From NCBI GenBank assembly GCA_964016885.1, contig OZ024743.1, forward strand, positions 372,124,001 through 372,188,000: 64,000 nucleotides of DNA, read 5' to 3'. This stretch comes from Eledone cirrhosa. Its lineage: Eukaryota. Positions 47,656 through 62,200 of the stretch are shown piece by piece. The notes below the pieces were generated by a model. The model worked only from the letters and a program-made list of their open reading frames with translations, had not been told where the DNA came from and did not search any database. The translations under genes and the position numbers were made by a program. Position 1 is the first letter of the stretch. Each line of letters starts with the position of its first letter.

Positions 47656-47909
47656 TGTGTGTGTGTGTGTGTGTGTATATGCGTGCGTATATACGTGTGC
47701 ATATGCGTATGTGTATGTATGTATATTTTTATATATAAGTAATTATTTATATATATGTGTGCATGTGGTTGTATGTATTTTTTCTCATGTATATGTGTGT
47801 GTGAATGTATTTATATTTTTTGATATATGTATATACGCCTACATGTGTATATGTACCTATACGTGTGGTTGAGAGTATATGCGTGCGTATGTGTGTGTAT
47901 GCATGTGAG

Positions 47910-47985
<76 letters not shown>

Positions 47986-48126
47986 GGTGTGTGTGTATAT
48001 ATGTGTGTGTGTATATATATTTGTATGTATATACTTAACTGTGTACATGTTTTGTACTGTATATATATATCTGTGTATATTTCTATGTATATGTATGTGT
48101 ACGTATGTATATGTGTATATATATAT

Positions 48127-48429
48127 ATATATTGAAAGGATAACAAGGACGCTTTGTTACTCCTTCATTACATTTATTGGTAGGTGACGCGCGTTTCGCC
48201 ACTGATGAGCTCAAGGTTCGATCTGTATCGATCTTACCCGACTCAATAATCGGCAGCTCGACGGACCCTTTCTTATACCATTTTAAAGGGTCCGTCGAGC
48301 TGCCGATTATTGAGTCGGATAAGATCGATACAGATCGAACCTTGAGCTCATCAGTGGCGAAACGCGCGTCACCTACCAATAAATGTAATGAAGGAGTAAC
48401 CAAGCGTCCTTGTTATCCTTTCAATATAT
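48127..48429. repeat. ~145-bp-arm palindrome with a 13-nt loop
   Basis: Arms are reverse complements with two mismatches seen; loop ~48272-48284. Confidence 0.95.
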
Positions 48430-48527
48430 TACACTCTGTATAGCTCTACACCTCAACACAGAAGAAGTGAACCTAAACATCGAATGCTCACCCGGGTGAA
48501 CCTGCAGTAACTCCAAGTTACACTCCC

Positions 48528-48558
<31 letters not shown>

Positions 48559-48894
48559 TGTGTCTTTGAGCTCTGCTGATGATCGATTCCAACTGTGACC
48601 ATCCCCACTGAAAGTTTCGTGAAATAGTCTTTAAGACTATACAGAGCATTTGTAGATTTTCCAAATTGAAGGATGAGTATTTTAAACTTTATTTTATTCT
48701 GAGTTAAGGCTCTATTGATTTTTCCTTGGATTTCACCAAATTCTGTGGATGAATCTATATCCTGATTCTTTTTGATTTGAGTTTGAATTATTTCCCCACA
48801 TCTTACGTTAACTGTTTTTCCATTTTGACGCTATAGTCACTTATATATTATGGAATACTGTTGGCTTCTTGCTACAATAATTTCTATACTTTTC

Positions 48895-48928
<34 letters not shown>

Positions 48929-49499
48929 CTCTATATAATAAAATAACAGGAGGCTGGACTTGTGTAAATCCTTAAAAGGTTTATTATACTATGATCATTT
49001 CAATGACCGGGTTCCGTGTGAATCCAGTGATATCATCAGGTATTCGAAATATAATAAATGAATGTAACAGATAAAATCCAATAATTTAATTTTTTTGATT
49101 TTTATCCTATAAATCTAAACAAAAATTTAACGTTCCAATTTTCTGTTCACACATTATACCATGCAGACGCCTACTATATATAATATATACCTCTGTTAAG
49201 ATATAGGTTCTTTAGAATAACATTTTTCGCGGCTATTCCTAGCCTGATTGTAGCGTGACATTAACGGTGATTTTTCTTCTTTCTTTCTGTCTTTTTTTTT
49301 TTTTTTCCCTTCTCTTTGACCGGGGGGTTAGTAGCCCATTATAAGCTTTCGCCCCCTCACCAGATAGCCTTAAGTAGACCGAATAGCCAGCACTTGAGGG
49401 CGACCGGCTAAAGTGGAAGATGGTATGGTCGGTCATCCTTGGGTATATGATTTTCAGCCCCATGGATTTTATCTATAGTATTCATTTATTATATTTCGA

Positions 49500-49557
49500 A
49501 TACCTGATGATATCACCGGATTCACACGGAACCCGGTCATTGAAATGATCATAGTAT
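49500..49557 (+). ncRNA. Type-I hammerhead fold (inverted copy at 48986-49043)
   Basis: atac-CTGATGA-t-atcaccgg...ccggtcat-t-GAAA-T-GATC-ATA-gtat; palindromic ATGATCAT stem III; AUA triplet. Confidence 0.65.
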
Positions 49558-49614
49558 AATAAACCTTTCAAGGATTTACACAAGTCCAGCCTCCTGTTAT
49601 TTTATTATATATAG

Positions 49615-49677
<63 letters not shown>

Positions 49678-50501
49678 GAAGTTATATTTAATTTGTTGGG
49701 ATACAACAAGCAAATATTTTTATAACTGATATAAAGCACTCAACAAATTTTTGGAGTAAAAATACAATATATTAACAAATGGAAACTATATTTATAAAAC
49801 CATATTTATTTCATTAAACATATTTCAAGGACACCAAAGCAAATTATGGTGCGCTTTCATCAGATAAAATATAATATAGATCAGTTTTATAAACAAATAT
49901 TGACATACTCTTAAAGAATGCGACCATGTCGGTTGGAAGCTCCCGGATAGTGGGGTTACTAATTTTATTATTGGTCTATTATGCAAATTAGTGTCGGAGA
50001 GGTTTAAATCCCATACATTTAAATTAAGCCGTTGGAATAGGGGGGAAAAAAAAAGAAAAAGAAAGAAAGATAATAATAATAGACCAATAATAAAATTAGT
50101 AACCCCACTATCCGGGAGCTTCCAACCGACAGTAAATATGGTTTTATAAATATAGTTTCCATTTGTTAATATATTGTATATATATATATATTTATATATA
50201 TTTATTTTATTTTGTTTTGTGCATTTGCTTGCCACGTGTGTTTGTTTATTTATTTTTATTTGTTTTTTTCCTCTTTCGTATCGCTGTCAACTTGCTAATT
50301 TTTTATTTTTTTATTTTTATATATGACTTTATTTTTTACTTTTATTTATTTATTATTTTGATTTCATGTATATGGATTTATCTTTGCCAGTTGATGTGAC
50401 TGCTTATTTTAGTATATGTGCATGGTCGAGTGTGTATATGTTTGTTTATTTATTTTTACTTATAATTATGTGTGTGTGTATATATATATGTATGTATGTG
50501 T

Positions 50502-50573
<72 letters not shown>

Positions 50574-50591
50574 CTTTCATTTATATATATA

Positions 50592-50665
50592 TGCCTTGTC
50601 CGACGAACGAATGAGGACGTTTCTTTCGTATTCGTCTTATTCGGGAAACCTCTGGTAATGAGGTA
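50592..50665 (+). ncRNA. Type-I hammerhead fold with a U4C core substitution
   Basis: tgccttgt-CCGACGA-a-cgaatgaggacg...cgtcttattcg-g-GAAA-CC-TCT-GGTA-atgaggta; 8-bp stem I including G-U pairs. Confidence 0.55.
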
Positions 50666-50734
50666 ATAATATTGTATTGTTTATTATACATTATATATAT
50701 ATATATACCCCACGTAATATTCTTCTTTCTTCTC

Positions 50735-50787
<53 letters not shown>

Positions 50788-51058
50788 GTGTTTGTATATT
50801 TATGTGTATGTGTATGTATATTTATATATATATATATATATATGCATATATGTGTGTATGTGTGTTTATATACTTATATATTTATAATCTTTCTTTCTTC
50901 TTCCCTCAGCCTCACTCTCATATTTCTTACATTTTTGTTTTCAAATCCACATTCAATAAAAACACCAGGATTTTTTCATTCTGATGACTGAAAGCAGATT
51001 TGTTTGCTTTCAAGAAACCATTGGTAAATGAAATAATCATCTTATGTTGTTTATTACA

Positions 51059-51096
<38 letters not shown>

Positions 51097-52958
51097 AGTA
51101 ATAAACAACATAAGATGATTATTTCATTTACCAGTGGCCTGTGTGTCTGTGTCTGTGCGTGTGTGTGCATTATGGTTCTAAAGAAAAAGAATGAGTTAAA
51201 AAAGATTTTGAAAAAATGATTAAATTTAAGTGAAAGACAATAACAGAGATGGAAAGAAAGTGTAAGAGGAAAATGAGGAATGACGGAGAATAGAAAAAGG
51301 AATGGTTTAATTTGTGAGAAAGGAAAGAAAAAAAAATATATTGAAAGTAAAAAGTGCGTGAGAGAGAGAGGGGGGGGGGGGGGGGGTAGAAAGAATGATG
51401 AATAGAAAAATGTAACAAACAAAACCAAGTGATTTTGGAAAATATCTGAATGAATTCCATTAATTTATGACCAGATAGACAGACAGTTTGATGTATAGAT
51501 CGATAGTGTGATATATAGATAAATGGATAGATAGGTAGTATGATCGATGGAAAGAAAGAGAAGGCAAGTCATAGATATATGGGTAATAATAATAATGCTA
51601 GAAAGAGAAACTTTAGGAGTGGGCAACATACAGATAGATATATTTCTTATAGATAGAGATAGAAAGAGGAGAAAATATAAATACATAAGGCAAACGGATA
51701 GATACATACAGAGAGAAAGAGCAAGAGAGACGAGAGAGATAAAAATAAGAGATGAAAACATGAAAAGCACGAGATGATTCTGTTTAGGAATTGTAAATTC
51801 TATGATATTACGCATTGTTCGGTAACATTGTTCAGTAACGATGATGATAATAATAATAATGCTTTCTTATATAAGCACAAGGCCAGCAATTTTGGAGGAG
51901 GGGGAAGTCGATTAAATTGACTCCAGTGCGTGACTGGTACTTTATATTTTATCGACTCCGTAATGATGAAAGGGAAAGTTAACCTCGGAGGGATTTGAAC
52001 TCAGAACGTAAAGGGCCATGACTGTATGCTGAAAAGCACGGTGTCTGACGCTCTGTCGATACTGCCAATCTACCGACCTTTAGATAATAATAATAATTGT
52101 TTCTACTTTTGGCACAAGGCAGGCAATTACCCAGTACATTACTGGTACTTTATTTTATCGACCCCGTAAAATAAAGTACCAGTAATGTACTGGTTAATTG
52201 CTGGCCTTGTGAACAATTATTATTATTATTTAAAGGTCGGTGGATTGGCAGATTTCTTTATTAACCACAAGGGTTTACATACAGGGAAACATTAAGGACG
52301 GTACAAATGTGGGTTTCTGCGTGTATAAAATGAAACGCAATAACAATAATAAAGATGTAACAAAAAATAGAAACAAAAACCAAAACCACGGAGGGTTACT
52401 CATGGACAAAGGCCACAAAAGCCACGGTCACCCTTAATTAATAATAATTGTTTCTACTTTTGACACAAGGCCAGCAATTACCCAGTACATTACTGGTACT
52501 TTATTTTATCGACCCTTAATTAATAATAATGATTTCTAATTTATGTCCAAGGCCAGCAGATATGGGGGAAGCATAAAGTTAATTTAATCAACTCCAGTAT
52601 TTGATTGGTATTAGATTTTTTATCGACCTCCAGGAAGGATAAAAAGCAAAGCAGCAATGATTATGATAATAATGCAGAATTAAACATATGTAATTAGGAG
52701 TAATATATAATATTATCTCTTGTTTGATATAATAAATATTCTCCACAAATGGTGGCAGCTACAAGAAGATTAAGATGATGATGATTGGTGATAGAGGTTG
52801 ATGGTGACAGTGATGGCGTGACGGTGATGGTGATGGTGATGACGCAGCTTCGTTTACATGTTGATTTGGCTGGACTGAAGGGAAAGTGTTGGAATGAAAC
52901 GTACACGCAAACATACATACATATATATGTATATCTATGTGTACATAAATACATATAT

Positions 52959-52993
<35 letters not shown>

Positions 52994-53309
52994 GATACTT
53001 ACACATACATACGTACGTACGTATATATATATAATCATATATATACATACACACACATACACATACATAAATATATACATACACATATAAAATAAACAAA
53101 CCACTCTCCACTTTCCTTCTGCTATCCATACACTCCTCCTATTAGGAGTTTAAGTAGATTAAATAAAGGAAACTATTTCAATAGAATAGGTCTTACCTGC
53201 TCCCTGTTTTTCAGTCTAATAGCAGCAGCCACGTGTACTATATAACACTTTGTCTTTAGATATGGAAGACGACGTGTTGCTCTTGTCTGTTGTGTGTGTG
53301 GAAGTGTGT

Positions 53310-53372
<63 letters not shown>

Positions 53373-53482
53373 GAAAAGTATAGAAATTGTTGTTACGAGA
53401 AGCTAACGGTATTCCATAACATATATATATATCACACACACTTCCACACACACAACAGACAAGAGCAGCATGTCGTCTTTTC

Positions 53483-53548
<66 letters not shown>

Positions 53549-54473
53549 TTATTTGTGATTGTCTACGTGGGCGTGTGTAAGCGTGTATGTGTTTGTAAGT
53601 CTGTGTATATGTGTGTCAATGTGTTTGTATGTGGGTGTGTGTATCACCATTATCAGGGGGATCTACGCTGACAGGGGTTGTTATATGTATTTGTGAGTGT
53701 ATGTGTGTGGGGCGGGGGGGAGGGGGGCAGTGTGTATATGAGTATGTGGGAGTGTGTATATGTGTATATATGCATGTATATGTTTGTGAGTGTATGTATC
53801 TATATGTTTAAATGTGTATGTGGGGGTACATATGTGTGTATGTGTTTGTGTGTGTGTCAATATGAGTGGATATTTGTGAGTGTGTATGTCTATATGTATA
53901 TGCAATAAGTGTGTGGGTGTTTATGTGATATTTATAAATATATATATATATATATGTAGGAGGTGAGTTTTATTGTAGTACAATAAAGCAATGCAGATAT
54001 CGGATAAGAAGCACTCTACAGTTTGTAGGACTGGAGTATACATAATATATAAGATCAAAAGATGGTTAAAAGAGTTCCATGTATTTTATTACGCGCATTT
54101 CAAAAACAAATATCATCATGCAATAACATTTGTGTTTTCATCAGATAAAATAGGAAGACATGATATGAAGGTTAAAAACACTTGTGAATAGTGCAGTTTT
54201 AAATCAACATATATATATATGAAAGTATAGAAATTATTGTGAGCATGAGGCCAACAGTATTTCATAATATATAACGTCAAAATGGAAAAATATATAACGT
54301 CAAAATGGAAAAATAATTAACGTAAGATGTGGGAAAATAATTCAAACTCAATTCAAAAAAAATCAAGACAGATTTATCCACAGATTTTGTGAAATCCCGT
54401 GAAAAATCAATAGAGCCTTAACTCTGAATAAAATAAAGTTTAAATACTCATCCTTAAATTTGGAAAAACTACA

Positions 54474-54568
<95 letters not shown>

Positions 54569-54830
54569 GGAAAAAATGAAACGAAATTTCATTTCCCACT
54601 CTTAGTACGGCTGTTACTTAAATTTAAGGATGTATACGTACATACATATATGTATACAGACGTACAGTAGTATGTATACATATATACATACATGCACACA
54701 TATATATATGTACGTATGGATTCACCAAACATTTATTATAATGCTCGGTGTGTTTGTAAACAAACATCCCGTATAAAGCCGTAGTGTCTAACAACCACCG
54801 TTGCTCGTTTGTTCAACACTGACAAAGGAA

Positions 54831-54871
54831 CGCTGTACTAGTTTCAATCTTGTTAGCTATCGTCAGCAACG
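54831..54871 (-). ncRNA. Inverted copy of the 56371 hammerhead (one stem II mismatch)
   Basis: Reverse complement reads cgttgCTGACGAtagctaacaagattGAAACTAGTAcagcg; a third copy at ~55722-55760 has lost stem I and C3. Confidence 0.7.
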
Positions 54872-55097
54872 TATACCTTCCTGCCAGATTCTTGAACATC
54901 CGAAAGTATATACTTTCCTTATGCACATTAACGGCTGAGTAGCTCAATTTGCATATCGAGTGGGTTAATCGGCCGGGTGCACCGAAAACGATAAACGGAA
55001 AAAATGAAACGAAATTTCCTTTCCCACTCTTAGTACGGCTGTTACTTAAATATAAGTATGTATACGTACATACATATATGTATACAGACGTACAGTA

Positions 55098-55169
<72 letters not shown>

Positions 55170-55248
55170 ACTCCAGTCCTACAAACTGTAGAGTGCTTCT
55201 TATCCGATATCTGCATTGCTTTATTGTACTACAATAAAACTCACCTCC

Positions 55249-55354
<106 letters not shown>

Positions 55355-56370
55355 GGGATATATACGGGATGTTTGTTTACAAACACACCGAGCATTATAA
55401 TAAATGTTTGGTGAATCCATACGTACATATATATATGTGTGCATGTATGTATATATGTATACATACTACTGTACGTCTGTATACATATATTTAAGTAACA
55501 GCCGTACGTCTGTATACTTATATTTAAGTAACAGCTGTACTAAGTATGTATACATATATACATACATGCACACATATATACATACATGCACACGTCTGTA
55601 TACATATATTTAAGTAACAGCCGTACGTCTGTTACTACGGATGTTTGTAAACAAACATCCCGTATAAAGCCGTAGTGTCTAACAACCACCGTTGCTCGTT
55701 TGTTCAACACTGACAAAGGAACGCTGTACTAGTTTCAATCTTGTTAGCTATCGTCACCTTCCTGCCAGATTCTTGAACATCCGAAAGTATATACTTTCCT
55801 TATGCACATTAACGGCTGAGTAGCTCAATTTGCATATCGAGTGGGTTAATCGGCCGGGTGCACCGAAAACGATAAACGGAAAAAATGAAACGAAATTTCA
55901 TTTCCCACTCTTAGTACGGCTGTTACTTAAATATAAGTATGTATACATATATGTATACAGACGTACAGTAGTATGTATATATATATATATATATATATAA
56001 AGCGGGATATATACGGGATGTTTGTTTACAAACACACTGGGCATTATAATAAATGTTTGGTGAATCCATACGTACATATATATATGTGTGCATGTATGTA
56101 TATATGTATACATACTACTGTACGTCTGTATACATATATTTAAGTAACAGCCGTACGTCTGTATACGTATATTTAAGTAACAGCCGTACGTCTGTATACT
56201 TATATTTAAGTAACAGCCGTACTAAGAGTGGGAAATGAAATTTCGTTCATTTTTTTCCGTTTATCGTTTTCGGTGCACCCGGCCGATATGCAAATTGGGC
56301 TACTCAGCCGTTAATGTGCATAAGGAAAGTATATACTTTCGGACGTTCAACAATCTGGCAGGAAGGTATA

Positions 56371-56411
56371 CGTTGCTGACGATAGCTAACAAGCTTGAAA
56401 CTAGTACAGCG
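56371..56411 (+). ncRNA. Minimal type-I hammerhead ribozyme, intact core
   Basis: cgttg-CTGACGA-t-agct-aaca-agct-t-GAAA-C-TA-GTA-cagcg: 5-bp stem I, 4-bp stem II, palindromic ACTAGT stem III, GUA cleavage triplet. Confidence 0.8.
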
Positions 56412-56617
56412 TTCCTTTGTCAGTGTTGAACAAACGAGCAACGATGGTTGCTAGACACTGCGGCTTTATACGGGATGTTTGTTTACAAACACACCGAGCA
56501 TTATAATAAATGTTTGGTGAATCCATACGTACATATATATATATATGTGTGCATGTATGTATATATGTATACATACTACTGTACGTCTGTATACATATAT
56601 GTATGTACGTATACATA

Positions 56618-56656
<39 letters not shown>

Positions 56657-57324
56657 TCCGATAAGTGTATATGTGTCTGAGAATGTGTATATGTGTATAT
56701 CTATGTAATGAGTGTGTGATAAATGTGTATGTGAGTGTGTGTATGTGTGATGAGAGTTTGTGCGTGTGAATGAATTTGTGTGTGATAAATGTGTACATGT
56801 GTGTAAATGAGTGTATGTGTGAGTCTGTCCGTGAATGTGTATGTGTGTGTTGTGTATGTATATGTGTGTATGAGAGAGCGTGAGTGTAATATAGATTTGT
56901 TTTTAATTTTTGTACATATGCCAGGATGTTACATATATAATATAGTTAGTTGAAAATGTTCAATATCCTGATATTATGCATGCAGTTAGTAGACAAAACC
57001 CCCCCTATAGGAGTATTTAAAAGATAAAAGCAACAAGCAAGGCAGACAACCCTGATAAAATCTGCTTATCAAAGTTTTTGGAGAATAAAGGCAATGCAAA
57101 TAGGAGTGGATCTTGTCTTTGAAGCCAAGTGATGGGAATAATGAACATGTTTCCATCTTAATAGACCTTTTCAGCAAAGCATGTCCATCACAGTTAGAAG
57201 ACATAAACGTAATCTGTATATAAACAAATAGAGATATCTAGTTACACTGATTGCATATATTAACAATATGACTGAGATAAAATGCCTGAGTTTTTGCATA
57301 TGGTAGGATCACGCATATATGATA

Positions 57325-58470
57325 TCTCAATCTATCTAGGGCGGGTAAAATCCCGAGATCCATGGACGAGTTCTCTCCAGCGGTCTCTGTCCCTCATTAT
57401 CGCTGCCATGTCCTGCGTCTCCAACAGACCAGTGTCTGTCCTTAGGGCATCAACATATGTTAACCTCGGTCTTCCTCTTCCAGTGTGTCCATGTAGGGGC
57501 TCCCACAGGAGCACTGAGTGCAGTGTCAACTCCGGATGTCGGTGAACATGTCCAGCTAACCTCAGTCTCCTCTGTGTCACTTTTGAGCTGACTTTTGGGA
57601 GGCTCCCATACAGCTCTGAGTTTTTTATCCTCAGTGTATACTGATTAATGTTCAGAGCCATCCTCAGCATTCTCGTGTAGCACCCATCCACCATCTGAGT
57701 GAGTTTCTTGGTCAGTGTCCAAGTCTCAGAGCCGTACAGCAGCACAGACTCCACTACAGCAATGAAGAAGCGGATCTTCAGGTCTTTACGAATGTCCGAC
57801 TTCCACACCGATCTTAAGCTGTGGCACGCTGCCCAGGCTCTGCTCTTCTTCTCAACCACATCATCTTCCGTATTCCCAATCTTTGCTCCCAAATACAGGA
57901 AATCCTCAACCAATTCTAGCGGCTTCCCGCCTACATTAGTAATCCCCTCTGGCTTCTCAACATTCTCTACCAGATATTTTGTCTTGATCTCATCCATTCT
58001 CAGCCCCACACTCATCGGCACAGTCTCAACCTCCCGCATCAAATCCTCTGCCTCCTTCACTGTGTTTGTCACCAAAACTATGTCGTCGGCAAATTCAGCA
58101 TTCGATATCCCTTTCGCCTTAACTCTCCTGCTCTGAGCCGGTGTTACAGTAAAGCCACTACGATGATAAAAAGGTAGGGAGCCAATGTATTTCCCTGGAG
58201 CACTCCAGCCAGTATCTCAAAGAACTCTGTCATCCCATCAGGTGTAATGACTTGGGCTTTGGTGTTGGTGTAGAGCAGTGATATCAGGTCCACTATCTTC
58301 TTGGGGATTCCATAAGCCTGTAAGATCTTCATCAGGCAGTGACGCTCCACAGAATCATAGGCCTTCCTAAAGTCAAGGAAAACCATGACCGCAGGAAGGC
58401 ACTTTGCTCTAGCTCCCTCTAATATCCTCCTCAGCATCAGGATGTGACTGGTGTTTGATCTTCCCTCTGA
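57325..58470 (-). mobile_element. 5'-truncated RTE-like LINE (RT and C-terminus)
   Basis: FLDFRKAYDSV, GVLQGNTLAPYLF, FADD, DFLYLG, LLYGSETW, RRLRLAGH, GRPRLTY. Confidence 0.85.
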
Positions 58471-59329
58471 TTAACTGAGAATATCCATAAAGTTATTGGA
58501 CAAAAACTACTTGTAAGAGAAGCGGGTGGGTAAAATTGAAAAACATAAAAAATTTCTGTAAAATGATAGTGTTGGTACGATGATAAAATGCACTCAGTTC
58601 ACTCTATATAGTGTTAGTACTGGTGTCATGATAATAGGCACCCAACCCACTCTGTAAAGTGGTGGTGTTGGTGCCACACTAATAACGATCCAGTCCACTT
58701 GGTAAAGTGGTTACATTGGAGACATGATAAAACGCACGCAGTACATATAAAGTGGTTAGCATTAGGAAGTGCATTCAGCTATAGAAGCCAGGCCAAAATG
58801 GAATATATTAGCATGATGTAGTCATCTGCTTTGTTTAATCTCAGAACAAAACAGTGATGGTGATGATATTTACTAGATCACTGATGCAACAGGCATGAGG
58901 TTAAAAATGTAATTAACGTTATGATCATATGTTTGATCATATGTTTGAAAATAATTTAAACCTTGCCGTGAAATGGTTAAATGACCAGGGCTCACAGTAA
59001 ACAAAGAGTGAGAATGAATCAACTATGACTAAAAGTTGTCATGAGGATATATACACTCACCCCAGGGAGAAAATAGCTTATTGCTAGATATATGTAATGT
59101 ATATGTGATTGAGATATATACAACCTTATTTACATAGAGGATAGTGGTAAAGTTGGCCGTGCACTGACAGTTTTTATGAGGTTAAAGTTGTAGCCAAAGT
59201 TACAATCATATGTTTAATATAGATATGTTTAGCCTCACTGTGAAAATATTTTTTAATCATATGACAATTAGCCTTGCATTTCATTTTAATATGTATATAC
59301 TGACAAACCTAAATACACGTATACTCCGA

Positions 59330-62200
59330 CAAAACCGGCAATCTGTACCACATGCAAATAAATGAATATAATAATCCGCAGAGAGTTTAGGAAGAATTAT
59401 AAAAAGCTACATGACGCATCCCACACTATAGTTAGACGAGGATAGAACAGAACCCTTCCAACCCAATCCCGAAATTTAGTCTCAAGGACCACAAAACAGA
59501 TTTCACCACCAACCCCTCAATTAGACGCATCAGACCCACGAAAACAGACACCGGCAGAATAATTAAAGCAATTTTTGATAGGATTCTACCCCAAGTGAGA
59601 AAATATGTCAAGCTCCCACAATGGGAGAACACCGATGACCTGATCGCATGGTTCACCAAACTAACAGAGAAGAACAAATTCTCCTTTCTGCAGTTTGATA
59701 TCGAGGGTTACTACTCCTCTATCTCACCTATACTCCTCAACCTAGCATTCATATTTTCTAAAAGAAAATCCGACATTACTAGAACCGAAATAGACATCAT
59801 TCTCCATGCCAGAAAAACTATAATAGAGTTTGAAGGCGACTACTAGACACGAAAATCTTATGGTAACCACTTTGATATTACCATGGGATCCATGGACTCC
59901 GCTGAAGTTACGGACGTAGTGGGACTCTATCTTCCCTTCAAAATTAAACAAAATCATCCGAACACTGGAGATGGATTATACCGAGATGATTGTCTTCTCA
60001 CACCAACAAACCTAAACCCATCAGCTTTAGAAAGACAGAAAACAAATTAGAGAACTTTTCCAACAGTACAACCTCGCTATCACATTCGCAACAGAGGAAA
60101 TTTTCTTGCAAAACGCAGATTACTTTAATAAGGCCTTGAAAAGATAATATACATACCTAGTAACACCAGACGAAACTCTTCCACAGCGGATCCTACGGAT
60201 TATGCGACCACACGTCCGACAGGTACTACCGATAGCAATAAACGAACCCACCATATGAACTTCAGAAAATACCGAATGGACAATTACACCCTCCACCCTC
60301 ACAACAAACACAACCTCAACTACAACAACAATACTCTAAGTAGAACTCACACTATCTCTAACACAGCAACACATGCACCTAACACCACATCACAAACACA
60401 CACACCTGAAAACCATACATTAAGAAATTTATCTAACAACACAGGACAGTTTGCAACCCATTCAACCAAAATCTCCTCACCCCAGAACCTAGAAATCCAC
60501 TAACAATTGTAAAACAACTAAAAATAACAATCATCTAACCGCTAGGTACAACAATAACAACAACATTAAGGACCCATAAACGCTAAAAAAACAAACCGAG
60601 GTATATCAACACTAAGAATGAAGATGACAACATCCAAACAACATATAACACACCCCACGACTCCAGAATAAACCGAAACAGCAAACGTAAAATTTTCGGG
60701 TATAATCCTCCATACTGCGTTCTAACCAAGAGCCACTTCCCATCCAAATTCTTCTCAATCTTAAGGAAAAACTTCCCACCCACACACAGATATCACCAGA
60801 TATTGAACTCCTATATGGTTAAACTATAATACTCTACCACACCTAACCTACAAATGAGAATAAATATGTCTAACATATCAAAACAACAGTACAATCTAGA
60901 ACCAGCCCATACTCCAACTATTAGCGCTGATATTTGAAATAATTACCCTAACCTATCAAACCCAGGAAGCATTAACACTAGCACTAATATCAACACCAAC
61001 ATGAACAGAGTAATTACAGAGCATCACAACCTAGTATATACCTCCCATAACGCGCCACACAGTGCCCCAAATAAAGACATTAATAATTGTTTATACTTTT
61101 GGCACAAGGCCAGCAATTACCCAGTACATTACTTGTACTTTATTTTATCGACCCCGTAAGGATGAAAGCAAAGTTAACCTCGGCGGGATTGAACTCAGAT
61201 CATAAAGGGACATAACTCTATACTGTCCGAATCTCTACCGATACTGCCAATTCACCGCCTTTAGGTGAATAAAGGCGGTGAATAATTAATAATGACATCA
61301 TTTGCACAACCAACACTAACTATAGGAAAGGCACCCGATATGGACAGGCGACCACAAGTGATAATAACATCAACACAACCCACAGGGACCGTGCTACCAG
61401 AAACCACCCCACTATCCCAAACTGCAACTGCAGGACTAAGGAAAACTGCCCACTCAAGGGTAATTGCCTTAATTACGATAGACAAAATGCAATTTTACAT
61501 AGGAGCAACGGCCAACTCTTTCAAAAAAAGATATTATTCTCACACTATCTCTTTCAAGCATGCTAAATTAGCAGAGGCTATTTACAAATTCATTAAATAT
61601 ATCACTGAATGGCAAGTCCTGAAAAAACAAAATTATATAACGGAGAAAGGAGGGAGTGCCTGCTCTGCTCCCAGGAAATATACCAAATAATTGTTTCTAC
61701 TTTGTATTACTGGTACTTTATTTTATCGACCCCCGTAAGGATGAAAGGCAAAGTCAACCTCGGCGAATGACCGCTAAAAAACCCACTCCTAAACAAAAAA
61801 CAGGAACTCATATCATGCAACCACAAAATACTAAAAATACTCAAATACTACAAACCAACGTATCCACAACCCCCAACCGAGTGCACCTACCTAACGCCAC
61901 GATAATGTAAACTCTTGTACCATAGAAACTTGTCAGACAGTGACCACGTCACTCTACGACCATTAGAACCCCTATGCATATTTCAAGCGTGACTATCCGT
62001 ATATTTATATTCATTTTTATTTATCTCTATCTTTAAAATTTTTACCTGCGCGTGCCTACTCGCATAAACTTACTGAATTTTTTTCCTTCTTTCCTTCTTT
62101 CCAATTAATCTCGATTATATCTACCCTCACCTGTCCCTACAACTGGTTTAGATTTTTTCCCTGCCAGAATACGTGCCCAACCGGCAGAAATATTTGCATA
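59330..62200 (+). mobile_element. Long decayed Penelope-like element (RT plus C-terminal GIY-YIG) interrupted by two SINEs
   Basis: SLKDHK..F, QW.NT, FLQFDIEGYY.SIS, TMGS.DSAEV.DVVGLYL, GLYRDD, YNPPY, CNCR...CPL.G.CL, FYIGATANSFKKRYYSH. Confidence 0.8.

Noticed and set aside
48083-48443. Two antiparallel ORFs encoding nearly the same peptide
   Set aside because: A direct consequence of the DNA palindrome; no recognisable protein motif.
48576-48632. CTGATGA followed by GAAA motifs as a hammerhead
   Set aside because: No convincing stem I or stem II pairing.
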